From: Phycisphaerales bacterium
GTDB lineage: Bacteria > Planctomycetota > Phycisphaerae > WQYP01
Assembly: GCA_027451365.1 (NCBI GenBank)
Contig: DAIDJN010000040.1
Location: 64,001-128,000 of the forward strand
Direction: 5' to 3'
Length of the DNA: 64,000 nt
The notes under the pieces were generated by a model. It ran no database searches, was not told where the DNA came from, and saw only the letters and a program-made list of their open reading frames with translations. The translations under genes and the position numbers were made by a program. Positions 60,716 to 64,000 of the stretch are shown in pieces (positions within the stretch are counted from its first letter, which is position 1; every line of letters starts with the position of its first letter).

Positions 60716-61606
60716 CTAAAAGCCCTTGGGGATGTGTAGCCGCCACTCCTTGATGTATTGGGTCTCCTTCATGCCGTGCGTGAGGTAAAAGTCGAATTCA
60801 GACGGGAATCTGCGCAGCAGGTCCAGTTGAGCAGGCCTGTACCCGGCTCGCTCCAGGTAGAATCCGATGACCTGGTGATAAGGATAAAGGTAGCCCAGCT
60901 TGTCCAGGGTGGCGGCCAAAACATTGACCGACACCCGCTCCTTGGCGAGCTGGTACGCCTTGGCGACCTCGCTGACGCCCCCCGCGTAGATGGGGCGCAC
61001 GGCGATGTCGATTAACGTGCGTTCAAGTTTGGTGAAACGCAAGCGGCCCAAGGGCTTCCCGGCACCCATAACCGGCTCCTCAATGACCGCGTAGTTGTTG
61101 GTATTCTTTCCACTTATGATGCAGATGCGAAAATCGCTGGTCTCGGCCACGTTGCCCGAGACGCGGACAGGACGGCGCATCGCCAAATCGATGCCTTTTT
61201 GTGTCAATGTACCACCAACCGGCCCGGTGCTTTTCTGCTCACTGTTAAGGTACGTGGTCTTGGGCAGTTGCTCCGTAAGGCCATGAAAGGCCATCGCGGT
61301 GTAGTGGGAAAAATAACATCCTGGCCTGAGCATCAGCATGATTTCGTAAATTGAAGCATCGCCCCAGGCGAAGCGAATCTCCTTCTTGTATGGCTGGGGG
61401 AAAGGGAAGACGATCTTCGATAGCCTGGCCGAGTTGATCAAATACCGGATAAAATCCTGAGTGGTGGTACTCTGGGCGAGGCGCCAAAATTCCCGCTGCT
61501 CCGTGAGGAATCGCGAAAGATCCTTCTGCCGGAAGACCTTCTCCGGTAGTTGATCGAAATAACGGACAATGTCCGGCTTGGCGATGCTGATCCGGGTTCT
61601 ATTCAT
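60716..61606 (-). CDS. AbiEi-family antitoxin / transcriptional regulator
   Basis: YFSHYTAMAFHGLTEQLP, RFTKLERTLIDIAVRP.YAGG..EV, WRL; N-terminal wHTH-like region. Confidence 0.85.
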   Translation of the reverse strand: MNRTRISIAKPDIVRYFDQLPEKVFRQKDLSRFLTEQREFWRLAQSTTTQDFIRYLINSARLSKIVFPFPQPYKKEIRFAWGDASIYEIMLMLRPGCYFSHYTAMAFHGLTEQLPKTTYLNSEQKSTGPVGGTLTQKGIDLAMRRPVRVSGNVAETSDFRICIISGKNTNNYAVIEEPVMGAGKPLGRLRFTKLERTLIDIAVRPIYAGGVSEVAKAYQLAKERVSVNVLAATLDKLGYLYPYHQVIGFYLERAGYRPAQLDLLRRFPSEFDFYLTHGMKETQYIKEWRLHIPKGF

Positions 61607-61616
61607 GGGCCGTCCT

Positions 61617-61897
61617 AGTCACTGGGATTATATATAATCCCAGTGACTGGGGTATGTCAAGGCGTATGGAACGCCTATTTGGCCAAATGATGCGACCAAA
61701 CCACTGCATTTCAGTAAATTGTGATCAGAACTGATAGGCTGCATTAGGTATTATATATAATACCTAATGTCGCAATGATTCGCCTATACGAAATTAGCCA
61801 CAGCTCGCGCGAGACGGGCTAGCAGCGGCGGCCCAAGCCGACACGGTCAAGGTAATTTACCAGTGCATAAGCATTATATATAATGCTTATACACTGG
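61617..61897. repeat. Three palindromes with shared ATTATATATAAT core at 123-bp period
   Basis: 61617-48 AGTCACTGGGATTATA|TATAATCCCAGTGACT; 61742-69 CATTAGGTATTATA|TATAATACCTAATG; 61860-97 CCAGTGCATAAGCATTATA|TATAATGCTTATACACTGG. Confidence 0.95.
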
Positions 61898-62281
61898 CTG
61901 TGTAATTTCAATTCGGCAACCTTGGAAACACATCCTGATCACAAAAGTCATGATTGCCGCGAACCGCCGGCACTTACGCATTCAGCGCGGCGGCCCATGG
62001 CCGGCCTGCGTAATATTCGCCCTACTGAATTGCACCAGCATGGTAAATATCCCCCGCATGAATCGCCGCACTCAGCTTTCGGCCATGCCATCGCCGTAGT
62101 TGTTCGCCATGGATTTCGAAGCAGATTCCCAGGGTGATCGCGTGCAAGGCAGCCATGTCGCCGTTCCAAGCACAACCATTTAAAGCTGTCATCCATACCC
62201 CAGCCGCAGAGGATAATTTTGCATACTGCCCCCCTCGCCGCTGGCTTGCCTAAATGCCGCGCTTGGGGGACGATTCCGCCT

Positions 62282-63055
62282 ATAGCGAAGCTTACCGTAC
62301 AAAAGATTCGTGAACTGGCGCTGGATATTGTGGCACAAACCCCGGGTGGCGTACGCTATCAACCCCTTCGCACAAGAATTCTTGAGCAGCATCCCGAAAC
62401 CAACAGCAACACCATATCCGGCGCAATTTGGAACCTTGACGCTATTTTTCCCGATAAGATTACCAAACCAAGCCGCGGGCTATTTAAGGCGGCAGGTACC
62501 GACCTTGAGGGTGATGTCGTTGCTTTCGGAGTCCCGGTGCAGACGGGATCCAAGGGCAAAAAAATCAACGAATCCGATTTTTACGACGGCTTCGCCGACT
62601 GGCTCCGCGATGACCTTGGCGAGGTAACGGTCGCAAAGAGCCTGGGCGGCGCGTCATTGAAATCCAAATGGGGCACGCCCGATGTCGTCGGGGTGTACAA
62701 GCCGCTGGGACGCGACCTTATCAAATTTCCCCTGGAACTGGTCGCAGCGGAAATTAAAATTGACCCGCAGGCTCCAGTGGTTGCATTCGGACAGGCGATC
62801 GCCTATCGCCTTTTCGCCAGCAAAACCTACATCGCAATGCCCAACACGCTAACCGAAGAAGACCAAAGCAGGCTTGAAGCGCTGTGTATGCTTTTCGGCG
62901 TCGGTCTGGCGCTATTTAACCTGGACCCGGAAAAGCCGGAATTTACCGTCCGGGTACGGGCGCAACGGTTCTCACCGGATATGTTCTACGTAAATGAATT
63001 CGCCGACCGATTGAAGAAATCTGATTTAGAACTCTTTGAAAATCTGTTTGGCTAA
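62282..63055 (+). CDS. N-terminal HTH-like + PD-(D/E)xK restriction-endonuclease-fold protein
   Basis: TPDVVG...EIK...FGQAIAY motif. The apparent N-terminus starts at ATA 62282 after a GGGGGA SD; the alternative start is TTG at 62219. Confidence 0.7.
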   Translation: MAKLTVQKIRELALDIVAQTPGGVRYQPLRTRILEQHPETNSNTISGAIWNLDAIFPDKITKPSRGLFKAAGTDLEGDVVAFGVPVQTGSKGKKINESDFYDGFADWLRDDLGEVTVAKSLGGASLKSKWGTPDVVGVYKPLGRDLIKFPLELVAAEIKIDPQAPVVAFGQAIAYRLFASKTYIAMPNTLTEEDQSRLEALCMLFGVGLALFNLDPEKPEFTVRVRAQRFSPDMFYVNEFADRLKKSDLELFENLFG

Positions 63056-63309
63056 TTATCTCGTCCTCAACCCAGCTTGCCAGTTCAGCCAAAATACGCC
63101 GCCCAGACCGGTTCCATGGCCACCTTGGCGTTGAACTGCGACGTAACTAACGACGTTTTACCTGAATAAAATGGACTCCGAAAATTGGAAAAAAACTACC
63201 TTGGCAGCCAGGCCGGATTCTGGGGAGTATTACCCAGTTGCCAAATTCAACGCAATGATGCGATAATGAATCAACTGATTTGGGCAACTGTTCCTGCTGG
63301 AGTTTTCTC

Positions 63310-64000
63310 ATGAAGATGCGCTATATATTGATATTAGCCACTTTATCGGGCTGTCTGGCGCTTTCAAATTTGACCCGTGCCGCTGCGCCCAATCGCGCCA
63401 AATTTCTTGGCACAACCTGGAGCGGATTTAATTCGCCGCTGTTTGGCACATTATTTAATCAGATAACCCCTGAAAATGCGGGTAAATGGGGTAATGTGGA
63501 GCCTCAAAAGGGGGTCTTTCTTTGGCGCAATCTCGACGCTATGTATACCCTGGCCAAGCGCCGTCATCTGATTGTAAAACAGCACAACATGATCTGGGGG
63601 CAGAATCAGCCGCGGTGGGTAAACAAATCCAATGCCAAAGCCGCGGTGCGTCAATGGTTCGCCGCTTTTGCCCGGCGTTATGCATCGCGCACTGCTCTGA
63701 TGGACGTAGTGAATGAGCCGTTGCAGAATCCGCCGGCATATCGCACCGGCCTTCCCGGCGGAAACACGAAATGGGGATGGGTGATCTGGTGTTACCGGTT
63801 GGCCCGGCATGATTTTCCGCACACGAAACTGCTCATCAATGATTACGATATTCTTGATTCCACCCAAAACACACTGCGTTATGCAAGATTGATCGCCCTA
63901 CTGAAAAATCGTGATCTGATAGACGGCATCGGCTGTCAGGCGCATGGGTTGGAACGTGTGAAAACCGCCCTTATTCGGAAAAATCTGGCTGTATTATCCC
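63310..64000 (+). CDS. GH10 endo-1,4-beta-xylanase (3'-partial; absent from ORF track because it has no stop in the window)
   Basis: Own translation: signal peptide MKMRYILILA..., FNQITPENAGKW, HNMIWG, DVVNEP, LLINDY, IDGIGCQAH; GGAG RBS. Confidence 0.92.
   Translation, partial: MKMRYILILATLSGCLALSNLTRAAAPNRAKFLGTTWSGFNSPLFGTLFNQITPENAGKWGNVEPQKGVFLWRNLDAMYTLAKRRHLIVKQHNMIWGQNQPRWVNKSNAKAAVRQWFAAFARRYASRTALMDVVNEPLQNPPAYRTGLPGGNTKWGWVIWCYRLARHDFPHTKLLINDYDILDSTQNTLRYARLIALLKNRDLIDGIGCQAHGLERVKTALIRKNLAVLS

Noticed and set aside
61617..61897. Palindrome triad as a CRISPR array or integron attC array
   Set aside because: Only 12 bp are shared, spacers are ~90 bp, there are no cas or integrase genes, and there are no RYYYAAC/GTTRRRY ends.
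61990..62020. Fourth palindrome at the next 123-bp position
   Set aside because: Only short GC-rich dyads, off-phase and without the ATTATATATAAT core.

Overview
Bacterial chromosomal window, GC-rich. It is probably from a planctomycete (inferred from a DUF1559-type prepilin/H-X9-DG protein, a planctomycete-style long LptD and a vWA-ExbB-ExbD-ExbD cluster), and possibly an acidophile, since several exported proteins are strongly basic. About 58 kb is housekeeping and envelope genes: purB, mnmA, accD, argD, folP, lptD, xseA, mdh, dusB, maf, rhaM, radA, rsmD and tRNA-Thr(TGT). A TonB-less vWA/ExbB/ExbD/ExbD/TPR operon has a sigma54-type promoter and two enhancer-like sites, and is followed by DUF58 and BatA-like genes. 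The last ~5 kb is a small defence/TA islet: a decayed Phd-PIN pair, convergent AbiEii/AbiEi, and an HTH-PD-(D/E)xK nuclease. The most striking unexplained signal is inside this islet: three long DNA palindromes (61617-61897) that share an identical ATTATATATAAT core, have different self-complementary arms, and are spaced exactly 123 bp apart. A GH10 xylanase gene runs off the right end. All calls come from motif recognition by eye; no database searches were run.
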